From: Planctomycetaceae bacterium | GTDB taxonomy: Bacteria > Planctomycetota > Planctomycetia > Pirellulales > UBA1268 | Direction: 5' to 3' | DNA length: 64,000 nucleotides | Assembly: GCA_947449135.1 (NCBI GenBank) | Contig: CANFQO010000008.1 | Coordinates: forward strand, 2,129-66,128 | Shown here: positions 27,403 through 36,464 of the stretch, one piece after another | Layout: each line of letters starts with the position of its first letter | Position numbering within the stretch: the first letter of the stretch is position 1 | The notes under the pieces: generated by a model | What the model saw: the letters and a program-made list of their open reading frames with translations, nothing else | Told to the model about the DNA's origin: nothing | Databases searched by the model: none | Translations under genes and position numbers: made by a program

Positions 27403-28689
27403 ATGAACCTTTCCTTCTTCACCGACGGTGGCGGCATGCATGCCTGGGCGATCGCCACGGCGGCGATGGTGGCGGCCGGCTGTGGGCTGGTCGGCACGCT
27501 GTTGGTCGTCCGGCGGATGAGCCTGCTGGGCGACGCCATCAGCCACGCCATGCTTCCGGGCATCGTGATCGCGGTGCTCGCGGGCGGCAGGCCAGGTGGG
27601 CTGCTCGTGCTCCTGGGAGCCGTGGCGGCGGCACTCCTCACGGTCTGGCTGACGCAGGTGCTGCGGACGGAAGGCGGGCTGGCCGAGGACGCGGGGGCCG
27701 GCGTGGCGTTCACCACGCTCTTTGCTCTGGGGGTCGTGATGGTCACGGCTGTCGCCTCCCGGATCGATCTCGACCCGGCCTGTGTGCTCCATGGCGTACT
27801 CGAACTCGTGCCTTTCGACACGGTGCCCGTTCTGGGGTTCGAGGTTCCTCGTGCATTCCTCACCGCCGCGGTCGTCTTCGTGGGGCTGTCGCTGGCGGTG
27901 ATCATCACTTGGAAGATGCAGGTCTTCACGGCGTTCGACGCTGAGGCGGCCCGGGCTGCGGGGGTGCCGGTGGCTGCGGTCACGACAGGGCTGCTTGTTG
28001 CCACGGCGCTGGCGACCGTCGCGGGCTTTGAAGCCGTGGGAGCGATCCTCGTCGTGGCCATGCTCGTGGTGCCGGCCGCCACGGCTGAACTGCTCACGCG
28101 GCGACTCCATCGCATCACCATCCTGGCGATCCTGCTCGGAGTGGCGGCCGCCGGGATCGGCTATCTCGTCGCCTGGTGGTGCAACACCAGTGCCGCCGGC
28201 ATGATTGCCGTCGTGCTCGGTTGCGAATATCTGCTCGCTGTGTTCTTCGCCCCCGACGATGGGCTCGTATCCCGAGTCTTCACCCGCGGCTGGTTTCACT
28301 GGCGGGTGGCCTGTGAAGACCGGCTCGCCGCCTGCTGGCGGCGGGAGGAGATGGCGGCGCAGGGGAATCCGCTCGTGGTGGCGAATCGGCCGAACCTCGG
28401 CGAACGCCTGGCGGATCGTTGGCTGGCGATCACTGGCCGACTCAATCACGGCCCGCGGGGCTGGACGCTTACCCGCCGCGGTCGCGAGCAGGCAGACATG
28501 GTGGTGCGGTCGCATCGACTCTGGGAAACCTGGCTGGGCCGGCATGCTGACTTGCCGCTGGATCATCTGCATCCTCCGGCCGAGTGGATCGAGCATCATT
28601 TGGGAGCCGACGTTCGGCGGAGGATTGAGGCGGAGGTCGGTACGCGGGCCAGCGATCCCCACGGCCGTTCGATTCCACCCGAGCCGTGA
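27403..28689 (+). CDS. Metal ABC transporter permease (ABC-3) fused to a C-terminal DtxR/MntR-like domain
   Basis: The ABC-3 core ends at ...LLAVFFAPDDGLV (about aa 285). An extra ~140 aa follow with TLTRRGREQADMVVRSHRLWETWL...AEWIEHHLG...DPHGRSIP, the pattern of the DtxR helix/dimerisation-metal domain. Confidence 0.8.
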   Translation: MNLSFFTDGGGMHAWAIATAAMVAAGCGLVGTLLVVRRMSLLGDAISHAMLPGIVIAVLAGGRPGGLLVLLGAVAAALLTVWLTQVLRTEGGLAEDAGAGVAFTTLFALGVVMVTAVASRIDLDPACVLHGVLELVPFDTVPVLGFEVPRAFLTAAVVFVGLSLAVIITWKMQVFTAFDAEAARAAGVPVAAVTTGLLVATALATVAGFEAVGAILVVAMLVVPAATAELLTRRLHRITILAILLGVAAAGIGYLVAWWCNTSAAGMIAVVLGCEYLLAVFFAPDDGLVSRVFTRGWFHWRVACEDRLAACWRREEMAAQGNPLVVANRPNLGERLADRWLAITGRLNHGPRGWTLTRRGREQADMVVRSHRLWETWLGRHADLPLDHLHPPAEWIEHHLGADVRRRIEAEVGTRASDPHGRSIPPEP

Positions 28690-28961
28690 GCTGGATACAC
28701 GCCGGGCTCGGACATGCCGTATATACGCCGGGCTCGGACATCCTGTCCGCCCCGGCTTGGCGACCGCAGGTCGCTGGTGCTGACCCGGCCCTCCGGGCCT
28801 GGCATTCTCTCGTTCCGCTTTTCGTATACACGCTGGGCTCGGACATCCTGTCCGCCCCGGCTTGGCGACCGCAGGTCGCTGGCGTGGAGGCCGCCATCCA
28901 GGCGGCCAGTTGGATAAAAACTGCCTGGCTTGGCCACCGGGATCCGCTGCCCACCCGGTGT

Positions 28962-28990
28962 CCCCCGGCTTCCGCCGGGGGCTTGTATTC
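28962..28990 (+). terminator. Intrinsic terminator (plus strand) inside the family C element
   Basis: cccccggc TTCC gccggggg followed by cttgtattc; downstream of the permease-DtxR gene. Confidence 0.6.
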
Positions 28991-29017
28991 AAGCGAGCCG
29001 CCACCTTAAACGGGAAC

Positions 29018-29045
29018 GCGACCCAAGGATAAAAGCCCGTCGCGG
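29018..29045 (-). terminator. Intrinsic terminator (minus strand) inside the family C element
   Basis: cccgtcgc GGAA gcgacggg. On the minus strand it is followed by CTTTTATC. It lies 87 nt downstream of the nfo stop. Confidence 0.65.
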
Positions 29046-29131
29046 AAGCGACGGGACTCCGTGTGCATGCCGCCGCCTAGGTCCCCTTCCTCTCACGCGA
29101 GGCATTCGCGTCGCATGCGGCAGGTGTGCCT

Positions 29132-30205
29132 TCAACCTGCCATGAATCCCCGCAGCGTCGCGAGGTTGCCGCGATCCTGGTCGGGGCAGGGCTTGCCGTC
29201 TGCGCCTTCCTTCGGTGTCTCGAGAATCAGTGGGATGTGTGCGAGCCGGGGGTGGTTCATGATCAGCCGGAAGGCGTCAGGGCCGATTTTTCCCTGCCCG
29301 ATCGCCTCGTGACGGTCGACCCGCGAACCCCGTTCCCGTTTTGAGTCGTTGGCGTGGATCACCTTCAGGCGTTCCAGACCGATGGCCGCGTCGAACGCAG
29401 CCAACGTGCGGTCGAGTTCCTGCTTTGGTGACAGTCCGTAGCCGGCCGCGAACACATGGCAGGTGTCGAGGCAGACCGCCGCTCGGTCGGCATGCCCGGC
29501 GGCGTCGATCGTCTGCAGCATGCAGGCAATTTCTTCGAAAGAATCGCCGAGACAAGAACCCTGGCCTGCCGTTGTCTCGATGAGGATGCCGGTCGTGAGG
29601 CTGCGCGTGTGCGCGAGCGCCGCAGCGATGCCGTCCGCCGCCCGTTGCACCGCCTCGGCGCGAGGCTGATCACCGGCCGCGCCCGGGTGGGCGACCACCC
29701 ACGGGATGCCAAGCAGGGCGGCACGTTCGAGTTCGACGACGAGGCCGTCGATCGATTTCTTCCGGAGCGTCGGATCCGCTGAAGCCGGGTTGATCAGATA
29801 GGAATCGTGTGCCACGACGAGCGACAGGCCTGCTGCCGTGACTGCTTGTCTGAAGGCCTCTGCATCGGCAGGATCGATCGGGGAGACATCCCAGCGGTTG
29901 ATGTTGCGGGTAAATACCTGCAGGCAGTGGCAGCCGGTTTCCACCGCCCGATCCACGGCCCGGCTCAAACCGCCGGCGATGGATTGATGGGCGCCCAGGA
30001 TCCGGATTCGACCGGAATCGCCGTCAGTGGAACCGCGGGGCTTGGCACGGTTTTTTGCGCGGGCAGCGTCTGTTTTCACTGGGGCTACGGCCCGTGACGT
30101 GGTCACGGATTTCCGACGCGGATTCCGGTCAGGTTTCGGCTTCATGCGGGTAGGGTCTGCTGCCATATGGCTGTGGCGGGACGTTCGGACTCCAAGCGGG
30201 TGCAC
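29132..30205 (-). CDS. nfo: Endonuclease IV (AP endonuclease family 2) with a basic N-terminal extension
   Basis: RILGAHQSIAGGL...CLQVFTRN...VAHDSYLINPAS...VVAHPG...ILIETTAG...CLDTCH...HANDS Nfo motifs. About 60-75 Lys/Arg/Pro-rich residues precede the core. Confidence 0.88.
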   Translation of the reverse strand: MHPLGVRTSRHSHMAADPTRMKPKPDRNPRRKSVTTSRAVAPVKTDAARAKNRAKPRGSTDGDSGRIRILGAHQSIAGGLSRAVDRAVETGCHCLQVFTRNINRWDVSPIDPADAEAFRQAVTAAGLSLVVAHDSYLINPASADPTLRKKSIDGLVVELERAALLGIPWVVAHPGAAGDQPRAEAVQRAADGIAAALAHTRSLTTGILIETTAGQGSCLGDSFEEIACMLQTIDAAGHADRAAVCLDTCHVFAAGYGLSPKQELDRTLAAFDAAIGLERLKVIHANDSKRERGSRVDRHEAIGQGKIGPDAFRLIMNHPRLAHIPLILETPKEGADGKPCPDQDRGNLATLRGFMAG

Positions 30206-30369
30206 GAACCGCGTTCATGACCACGGGGCCGGCAGTGTACGGTTTCGTGGCGGTTTGGAAGGCCTGTCACCTTGGCTGGTGGGCCGCCGCCAGCCCACCA
30301 ACCAACATTCGGTTTTGACGGGTCGACTGTGGCTCGTACACTTCGGAGAGTTCGTGGTGAGCATCCTTC

Positions 30370-30882
30370 GTGGGTCAAAACGTGGGCAGCATAGTGTCGA
30401 TCATCGTAGCGGGAGTGCTAGCGGCTTTGGCCGGTACCGCGATTGCGATGGCCCTGCGGCCGATCCGTGCCGCGCGACGTGCGGAGCAGTTGTCCCGAAT
30501 CCAGCGGGATTTCCACCGCCAACGGGAGCAACTGGAGGCCAAGTTCATCGACCGGGCCGCCGCCAGCGGCAAGCCACGTGGCCTGACGTGGACGAACGTC
30601 AGTTTCGATGACGATGTGATCTATGCCCGTGATCGCCGCAACCAGTGCCTCAAGGCCCTCGTCGCGATTGAGGTGAGTTTCGAGGCCGTGGTGGGGGGCG
30701 GTATGGAGGAGGTTGAGGCGGTCTCGAACGTGCGGGCCGCCACGGCGGAGTTTCTCTACGACGGAACACGCTGGTGCACGGCGGGACGTGTCTACTTCAA
30801 CCTCGCGCCGTCGGCGGCCGTGAAGTATCTCAGTGCTGATCTGGAACTCGTTGCCGAAGAGCACGCGGCCGCACGGCCCTGA
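30370..30882 (+). CDS. Hypothetical protein with an N-terminal TM helix
   Basis: GTG start and TM SIVSIIVAGVLAALAGTAIAMA. No recognised family. Confidence 0.45.
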   Translation: MGQNVGSIVSIIVAGVLAALAGTAIAMALRPIRAARRAEQLSRIQRDFHRQREQLEAKFIDRAAASGKPRGLTWTNVSFDDDVIYARDRRNQCLKALVAIEVSFEAVVGGGMEEVEAVSNVRAATAEFLYDGTRWCTAGRVYFNLAPSAAVKYLSADLELVAEEHAAARP

Positions 30883-30960
30883 TGCCGTCGGGCCAGACCC
30901 GGATGTCCCGCATAGGCGGGGCCGCGCACGCAGTCCGGTAGTTCAGGCAGACCGCGGCGA

Positions 30961-32805
30961 GTGTGCCGGTTGTGTCGCAGAAGCGGGATAGGACGGTCCG
31001 CCGCGTCGATAAGTAAGGCGGTTCGACAGGGGAAGTGGCAAGGGGGCCATGTCGTGGTGCTCGTTCGCGCTGGCGTGCTTACCGGGCTGATGCTGACGGC
31101 GGCGATCATGTCGCCCGGTATCCTCCGAGCCGCCGATGGTCAGGGGCGTCCGTCGCTCATGCCGGCAGTGCCGCCGGAGCAGGTGGCGGGAGGGCATCTC
31201 CGCCGCGCTCGCGATCTGACGGCTGCCTCATCTGACCTCGCGAAAAAATGTGACTGGCACGCAGTCGACGGCTACTACACGGCCTGTGAAGAGGCCTGGA
31301 ACGCCATCTGGACCTGCCCGGGTTCGCAGGAGATTCTCTGCGAGGCGTCGGCCGTCTACGCCGACGCGCTCCAGGGACTGCTTGAATCCGCTCACTGCCA
31401 TGGCCGGCTCACGGGGCAGGGGCTCATCATCGGCCCGACCTGGCAACCGGTCTGCGTGCCGATCCAGACGCGGTCGCTGCCCGTGGATGACAATGTGATC
31501 GAGTCGATCGAGGCGGCATGTCCGAAGGACGACAAACGGATCTCCCGACGCCAGGTGCGTGGGGGCTTTGGTCTGCCGGTCTCTGTGCGACTGGCCAAGG
31601 GCGCCGAGGGGAGCGTGGCAGGGGATTTCGCACCGCCGCGACAGTCGATCGCCGCCACAGCAGTGCTGCGGTTCCAGATGCCAGGCGACGAAAATGCCCT
31701 GGAAAAGTTTTCGGGCCCATTGGCCCGCGACCATGCCCCGGCCATCCTCGATCTGGTCAACCCGATGGAATTCGCCGCCGTCCACATTGGGCCGGCGAAG
31801 CCGCTGCTCGCGGCCGATCTCACGTCGCCGCTGCTCGACATGCTCGAGAGCCTGCCACAGACCAACGCCATCCAGGGATTCATCCAGCCGTTCGGCGCGG
31901 GCGACACGCAGCCACGGCTGGAATTCCTCCAGCCGCACCAGCGTGGCAAGATCCCGGTGGTGTTCATCCACGGCCTGGCCAGCGACGAGGGCACGTGGTT
32001 TGACATGATCAACGAACTGCGAACGTGGCCGACCTTTCACAACCGGTTTGAGGCCTGGTTGTACCACTACCCCACCGGCGCGTCGTTCCTACAATCGGCC
32101 GCGGTGCTGCGCCGCGAGCTCACTTCCGCCGTGCAGCGGCTTGATCCACAGGGCACCGACCCCGCGCTCAAATCGCTGGTGCTTGTCGGCCACAGCATGG
32201 GTGGCCTGCACGCAAAGTTGCAGGTGGTGGAGCCCGGCACGGCCATGTGGGATGCCATCGCCTGCCGTCCGTTCGAGGAAATCCACATGCGGCCGGATCT
32301 GCGACGTCAGGTGGCACCGGCCTACTTCTTTCATCCGCTGCCATTCGTGAAGCGACTGGTATTTATCGCTACGCCTCACAGCGGCTCGGCGCTGGCGTCG
32401 CTCGGGATCGGCCGCGTGGCGTCTCTTACGGTGCAACAGCCTCCAGAGATGAAGGCGATCCACGACGAGATCATCCGTGCCAACCCGGAATCGTTTCGGC
32501 CGGACTACGAACGGAGCCTGCCAACGACGGTGGACGTGCTCGAGCCCAGTTCCACAATTTTGCAGGCACTCCACGGGCTGCGAGTGCCCTGCTGGGTGAC
32601 GACGCACAGCATCATCGGCAATGCCCATCAGTCTCCCGTCGGGGAGGGTGGCGACTGTATCGTGCCGGTGTCGAGCGCCCGGCTACCAGGCGTGGTGAGT
32701 GAGATCACGGTGCCGGCGAAGCATACGCAGGTGCATCACCATCCGCAGACGATTGCCGAGCTGGAGCGAATCCTCTTGCAGCACCTGCGCGAGACAGGGC
32801 TCTGA
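30961..32805 (+). CDS. Alpha/beta-hydrolase (lipase/esterase-like, PGAP1/DUF676-type) with a large N-terminal domain
   Basis: VVFIHGLASDEGTW and nucleophile elbow VLVGHSMGGLHAKL. The start is uncertain; a signal-like segment LTGLMLTAAIMSPGILRA is present. Confidence 0.7.
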   Translation: MCRLCRRSGIGRSAASISKAVRQGKWQGGHVVVLVRAGVLTGLMLTAAIMSPGILRAADGQGRPSLMPAVPPEQVAGGHLRRARDLTAASSDLAKKCDWHAVDGYYTACEEAWNAIWTCPGSQEILCEASAVYADALQGLLESAHCHGRLTGQGLIIGPTWQPVCVPIQTRSLPVDDNVIESIEAACPKDDKRISRRQVRGGFGLPVSVRLAKGAEGSVAGDFAPPRQSIAATAVLRFQMPGDENALEKFSGPLARDHAPAILDLVNPMEFAAVHIGPAKPLLAADLTSPLLDMLESLPQTNAIQGFIQPFGAGDTQPRLEFLQPHQRGKIPVVFIHGLASDEGTWFDMINELRTWPTFHNRFEAWLYHYPTGASFLQSAAVLRRELTSAVQRLDPQGTDPALKSLVLVGHSMGGLHAKLQVVEPGTAMWDAIACRPFEEIHMRPDLRRQVAPAYFFHPLPFVKRLVFIATPHSGSALASLGIGRVASLTVQQPPEMKAIHDEIIRANPESFRPDYERSLPTTVDVLEPSSTILQALHGLRVPCWVTTHSIIGNAHQSPVGEGGDCIVPVSSARLPGVVSEITVPAKHTQVHHHPQTIAELERILLQHLRETGL

Positions 32806-32880
32806 GACCGCCCTCGAACCGCTCGGCCTCAAACCCCTCGCCAGTGAGCCTGGCCTACGAGCTGAGGCGAGTGCCGTCGC

Positions 32881-33987
32881 TTAGGAACGGACCGGTGACA
32901 GCCCGGATGCCTGCGCCGTCGCCCGATTCGCTACGGCCGGTTGCACGCGGCCCGTGATGGATGTGCACCGCTCGACCGCGAGTGTTTCGGCCGCGACGAC
33001 GACAAAGGTTAGGGACGAGTAGACGAAGTAGAGCCAGTGGAGGGTGGCTGCCGAGAAGGCGAATCCCACGCCACGCTTTTTCAGGCAGAGTCGGTAGAAA
33101 CTGCTGTTGAGCGCGATCAAGGCCAGTCCGCAGGACAGGGCCAGCCACAGGGCGATCGGTGTGAATGCCGCTACTACCAGGCAGCCAGCGAGCAGGATCG
33201 AACAGATGCCACTGAGACGGCCACGCCAATCCAGGTTGAGCGAGGCTGGCAGCTCCCGGCTGTTCATGATGAGGTGCGTCCACGGTCTGGCGCGGTGCAC
33301 GATGTCTGTGATCACCATCGATGCGACCGTCCATCGCTTGAGGTGCTTGCAGAGCAATTCGGGCAGAAGCACGATGCGTCCGCCGTTGGCCGTGATCCGC
33401 ATGCCGAGTTCGATGTCTTCCACGCTCGGAGCGGTGTACTTCTCGTCGAAACCGCCGACATCGAGAAAGGCCGCCGTGCGGATGGCGCCACAGCCCGACC
33501 AGAACGTGCCGGCCTTACCGGGGTTCGACGCGTGCGTGTGATGATGCAGCAGATTGCGGAACACACTGGCTACGCCATCTGCTGACGGTTCGTCGTCGTA
33601 GGTGCCGAATAGACCCACCATATCGTGATCGGCATCGAAGGCGGCTTGCACGCATTCGATTGCATCAGATGCGAGTTCCACATCGGCGTCGACAAAGAAG
33701 AGGATTTCTCCCCGGGCTGATTGGGCCGCAAGGTTGCGTGCAACGGCTGGCCCTGACCGGACGCCCGTCGTGACGATCGTGACACCGGGCCGATCGAGCC
33801 ATGCAGGGGCCGCTGGAGCGTCCCCGTCGAACACGAAGACAACCTCCACGTTTGACGTGGAGGCGGACATGAGGGAGAGAATCCGCTGCGCGCACCGCTC
33901 AAACGTGCCCGTCCAGAAAACAGTGGGCATGATCACGGAGATGTCGATCGGTCGCGCGGCAGCCGGTTGGGAACTCGGCGACGACAT
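32881..33987 (-). CDS. Family 2 glycosyltransferase with C-terminal transmembrane helices
   Basis: ISVIMPT...VVFVFDG...FFVDADVEL (DxD). The C-terminus has several TM helices. ATG 33987 (MSSPSS...) is preferred over 34095. Confidence 0.8.
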   Translation of the reverse strand: MSSPSSQPAAARPIDISVIMPTVFWTGTFERCAQRILSLMSASTSNVEVVFVFDGDAPAAPAWLDRPGVTIVTTGVRSGPAVARNLAAQSARGEILFFVDADVELASDAIECVQAAFDADHDMVGLFGTYDDEPSADGVASVFRNLLHHHTHASNPGKAGTFWSGCGAIRTAAFLDVGGFDEKYTAPSVEDIELGMRITANGGRIVLLPELLCKHLKRWTVASMVITDIVHRARPWTHLIMNSRELPASLNLDWRGRLSGICSILLAGCLVVAAFTPIALWLALSCGLALIALNSSFYRLCLKKRGVGFAFSAATLHWLYFVYSSLTFVVVAAETLAVERCTSITGRVQPAVANRATAQASGLSPVRS

Positions 33988-34329
33988 GGACTGATGGTTG
34001 GCTGTCGCCTGATGGGATACCGAGCGGCCCTGCTTGACAATGCTCACGATCGTTTTCTCCGGTCTTCCATGATCAAGCCATCTCCTGCGAAGCACTCTCT
34101 GATCAACACCCCGTGAGGGAAACGGGGGAATGCAACGCTTTCCATACGCTGAAAAGCGAATTTTAGTTCAGCATTTGATAAACGCTAGAAAAAAGCTTTC
34201 CTCGGCCAACATTTTCACGAAAACCACCGTGTTTCATTGATGATATGGTGAAAATGGCCAGGGGAAGAGGGGCGGGAGTCAGCGGAGACGCCACTCCCGA
34301 GTGGGGTAATTGCGAGCGTTCGAGACGGG

Positions 34330-34776
34330 TCAGCGATCGTCCGACCGGAGTTCGAAGTTGCACACGTTCCTTCCAGCGGCCACCCGAGCCTCAAGCTCGG
34401 AGTGGGAGTGGTAGCGTGGCGGGAGGAGTTCCCGGCCGCCGTTTTCCTCGCTTGCCGTGGTGATTCTCACCGTGTGCCGGTCAACGTTGGCACCACGAAT
34501 ATCCCTTAGGTAGGAGAGCTCATAGCGGCCGCTGGCATCGGTGGTTCCCTGCGAGGTGCGGCCGGCACCTGCCGGGGTGAACAGCACGGTGGCGTTGGCG
34601 AGGGCTGCGCCGTCGAGCATGACGGTGCCCCTGACCCGGCCCAGCGGCGGTTGCTGCGACCCGCTGCAGCCGAGCAGGGTCAGCGCGACGAAGGCGACCG
34701 GGAATCCCCGTCGAATACCGGTGAGGAAGTGCGCAGGAGCGGGAGTGAGAAGGAGCATCACGATCACGGGCTCCAA
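34330..34776 (-). CDS. Carboxypeptidase-regulatory-like domain lipoprotein (usual partner of DUF1559 genes)
   Basis: Lipobox LLGCSG, then GTVMLDGAALANATVLFTP...TTDASGRYELS. Confidence 0.75.
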   Translation of the reverse strand: MEPVIVMLLLTPAPAHFLTGIRRGFPVAFVALTLLGCSGSQQPPLGRVRGTVMLDGAALANATVLFTPAGAGRTSQGTTDASGRYELSYLRDIRGANVDRHTVRITTASEENGGRELLPPRYHSHSELEARVAAGRNVCNFELRSDDR

Positions 34777-34782
34777 GGCCGG

Positions 34783-35934
34783 TCAATAGCCGGCCGTGGC
34801 GAGGCTTGCGATGGCTTCGTCGGCCATCGATCCCAGACGCGGGAATACGGAGTTGTTGTCCTTGCAGTCGACGAATTCACTGAGCCACTGGACGGACCCG
34901 TCGACCATCGCGAAGAAGCAACCGCCGGCATGCTGGCTGCCCGGAGACTCGAAAAAGATGTTGTTCATGCCGCCGGGATTGGAATGACCCGGGTCGGTCG
35001 CCGTGACGAAGAGCGTGGCCACTCCCCCCACGGCCCAGCCATCCTGGCTGGTGCGGTTGTAGGTTTTGGCGGCGCTGGTTGCCCCGGCGACCGGCCGAAG
35101 TCGCTGCAACTCGCCCAGCATGATCGTGTTGGTCAGGCCGTCGATGACGGACGCCAGCGGCCGGCCTTTGTTTGGGAAAAACAGGCCCTGACGGCGCCCG
35201 TTGGAGCCGACGACGGGAGTGTTGATGTCGGTGAAGCGGTGATCCAGACTCGTGTCGTTCATGAAGCCGTCGAGGCGGCCGTAGCAGCCGCCATAATCGG
35301 TGCCGCCGCCCCTCCAGTTCGCGTTGACCAGGTTTTTATGGTCATCGCGATCGATACGGATGCCGGAACGGCGGGTAGGGCAATAGAGCGAGGGGATGTC
35401 GGCTTGGGCCACGGCGGCATTGCCCAGCACGTTGGTGGAGTGGTCCCAGAGATTCGCGAGATGCGCCTGTTCCATGAACGGCAAGACCGGCAGGATCCAG
35501 CTCGACCCGTGCTTGGTACCCGACATGAACGACGTCAGTCGGGCCTCGGCCCAGGGGTTCCAGCAGCCGGTGCACGTCGTCGGATTGGTCGCCTCGCTGA
35601 CTTCAGCCGCAGCCGGGAGCCGGCCACTACAGGATTCGTAGTTCAGCAACGCCACGGCCAGCTGCCGCAGGTTGTTTTGGCATGCCGTTCGTCGAGCCGA
35701 CTCCCGCGCTGCCTGCACGGCTGGCAGCAGGAGGGCGAGCAGGATCGCGATGATTGCCACCACGACGACGAGTTCGACGAGACTGAAACCGCCCCGAAAC
35801 GCCTGAATCGCAGGGCTGCACCGTTGCTGCCACGGGCATGGCGAGAGCGGCTGAAATTCCCTGGTGATCGTGCTCCATCCGTGCCAACTGCTGATCGACC
35901 TCTCCCTGAGTCGACCCGTCCGTGCCTGAACCAC
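34783..35934 (-). CDS. DUF1559 (H-X9-DG) protein with a prepilin-type N-terminal cleavage/methylation domain
   Basis: GFSLVELVVVVAIIAILLALLLPAVQAARESARRTACQNNLRQL. GTG start at 35934 gives an unusually long leader, so the start is uncertain. Confidence 0.85.
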   Translation of the reverse strand: MVQARTGRLRERSISSWHGWSTITREFQPLSPCPWQQRCSPAIQAFRGGFSLVELVVVVAIIAILLALLLPAVQAARESARRTACQNNLRQLAVALLNYESCSGRLPAAAEVSEATNPTTCTGCWNPWAEARLTSFMSGTKHGSSWILPVLPFMEQAHLANLWDHSTNVLGNAAVAQADIPSLYCPTRRSGIRIDRDDHKNLVNANWRGGGTDYGGCYGRLDGFMNDTSLDHRFTDINTPVVGSNGRRQGLFFPNKGRPLASVIDGLTNTIMLGELQRLRPVAGATSAAKTYNRTSQDGWAVGGVATLFVTATDPGHSNPGGMNNIFFESPGSQHAGGCFFAMVDGSVQWLSEFVDCKDNNSVFPRLGSMADEAIASLATAGY

Positions 35935-36094
35935 GTCTGTCGATTCCTTTCACTTTTTCAGTGGAGCGTGTCCTGAATGTGATGCCGAAGCACAGAGTCG
36001 ATTTATACGGGTGATCAAACCCCCCGCAAGTGGCTGTTTGAAGTCTGCGGCGAAACGCATCGAGGAGCCACAGAGAAGGCGTCGAGAGGACGCA

Positions 36095-36132
36095 CGAAAA
36101 GAAAAGGACCCGTGGTTGTGAAACCACGGGTC
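36095..36132 (-). terminator. Orphan intrinsic terminator on the minus strand in the 530-bp intergenic region
   Basis: gacccgtgg ttgtgaaa ccacgggtc (9-bp stem). On the minus strand it is followed by CTTTTCTTTTCG. Confidence 0.6.
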
Positions 36133-36464
36133 CGGAAGCGGCTCTAGAAGTGTGGGTCTTTGGGGGGGGGAACAGCCGCTGAAGAGATCGGTGAGTGTTT
36201 TGTGGGGAGGACTTCCTCGCCTGTCCAAACCCTACCCCAAAATTGCGGGCGTGTCGAATCCGGCCTGGGAATTTTTTGAAGACCCCGTGGAGCCAGCCGT
36301 TATCCGCGGATTTTCCGGTGCTGTGAGGCTTTTTCCGGGGCCCTGGCAGTGGACACTTCTCCGCCCAGAGACCGGTTCGGTAGGCTAGCCGCCGGCAGGC
36401 GGATCGGACTCTCGAGATCCACACGCGTTCCCCCCCAGCGGTTCACCCCTCAAGGTTCCACATC

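Larger units (their letters stand above)
28690..29075. repeat. Composite repeat locus: family B units (about 2.3 copies, ~104-bp period) followed by a partial family C unit
   Basis: tacacgc(c/t)gggctcggacatcctgtccgccccggcttggcgaccgcaggtcgctgg occurs at 28723 and 28825. 28945-29075 aligns to the 157-bp unit of 45078-45435. Confidence 0.85.

Noticed and set aside
27385-29004. 539-aa ORF on the minus strand, and similar long alternate-frame ORFs (for example 895-1908, 3301-4215, 5969-6916, 10821-11801, 14670-15779, 45604-46329).
   Set aside because: They lie antisense to, or out of frame with, genes that have clear family motifs. They are Arg/Pro/Gly/Ala-rich with no motifs. This is the typical shadow-ORF behaviour of GC-rich DNA, where stop codons are rare.
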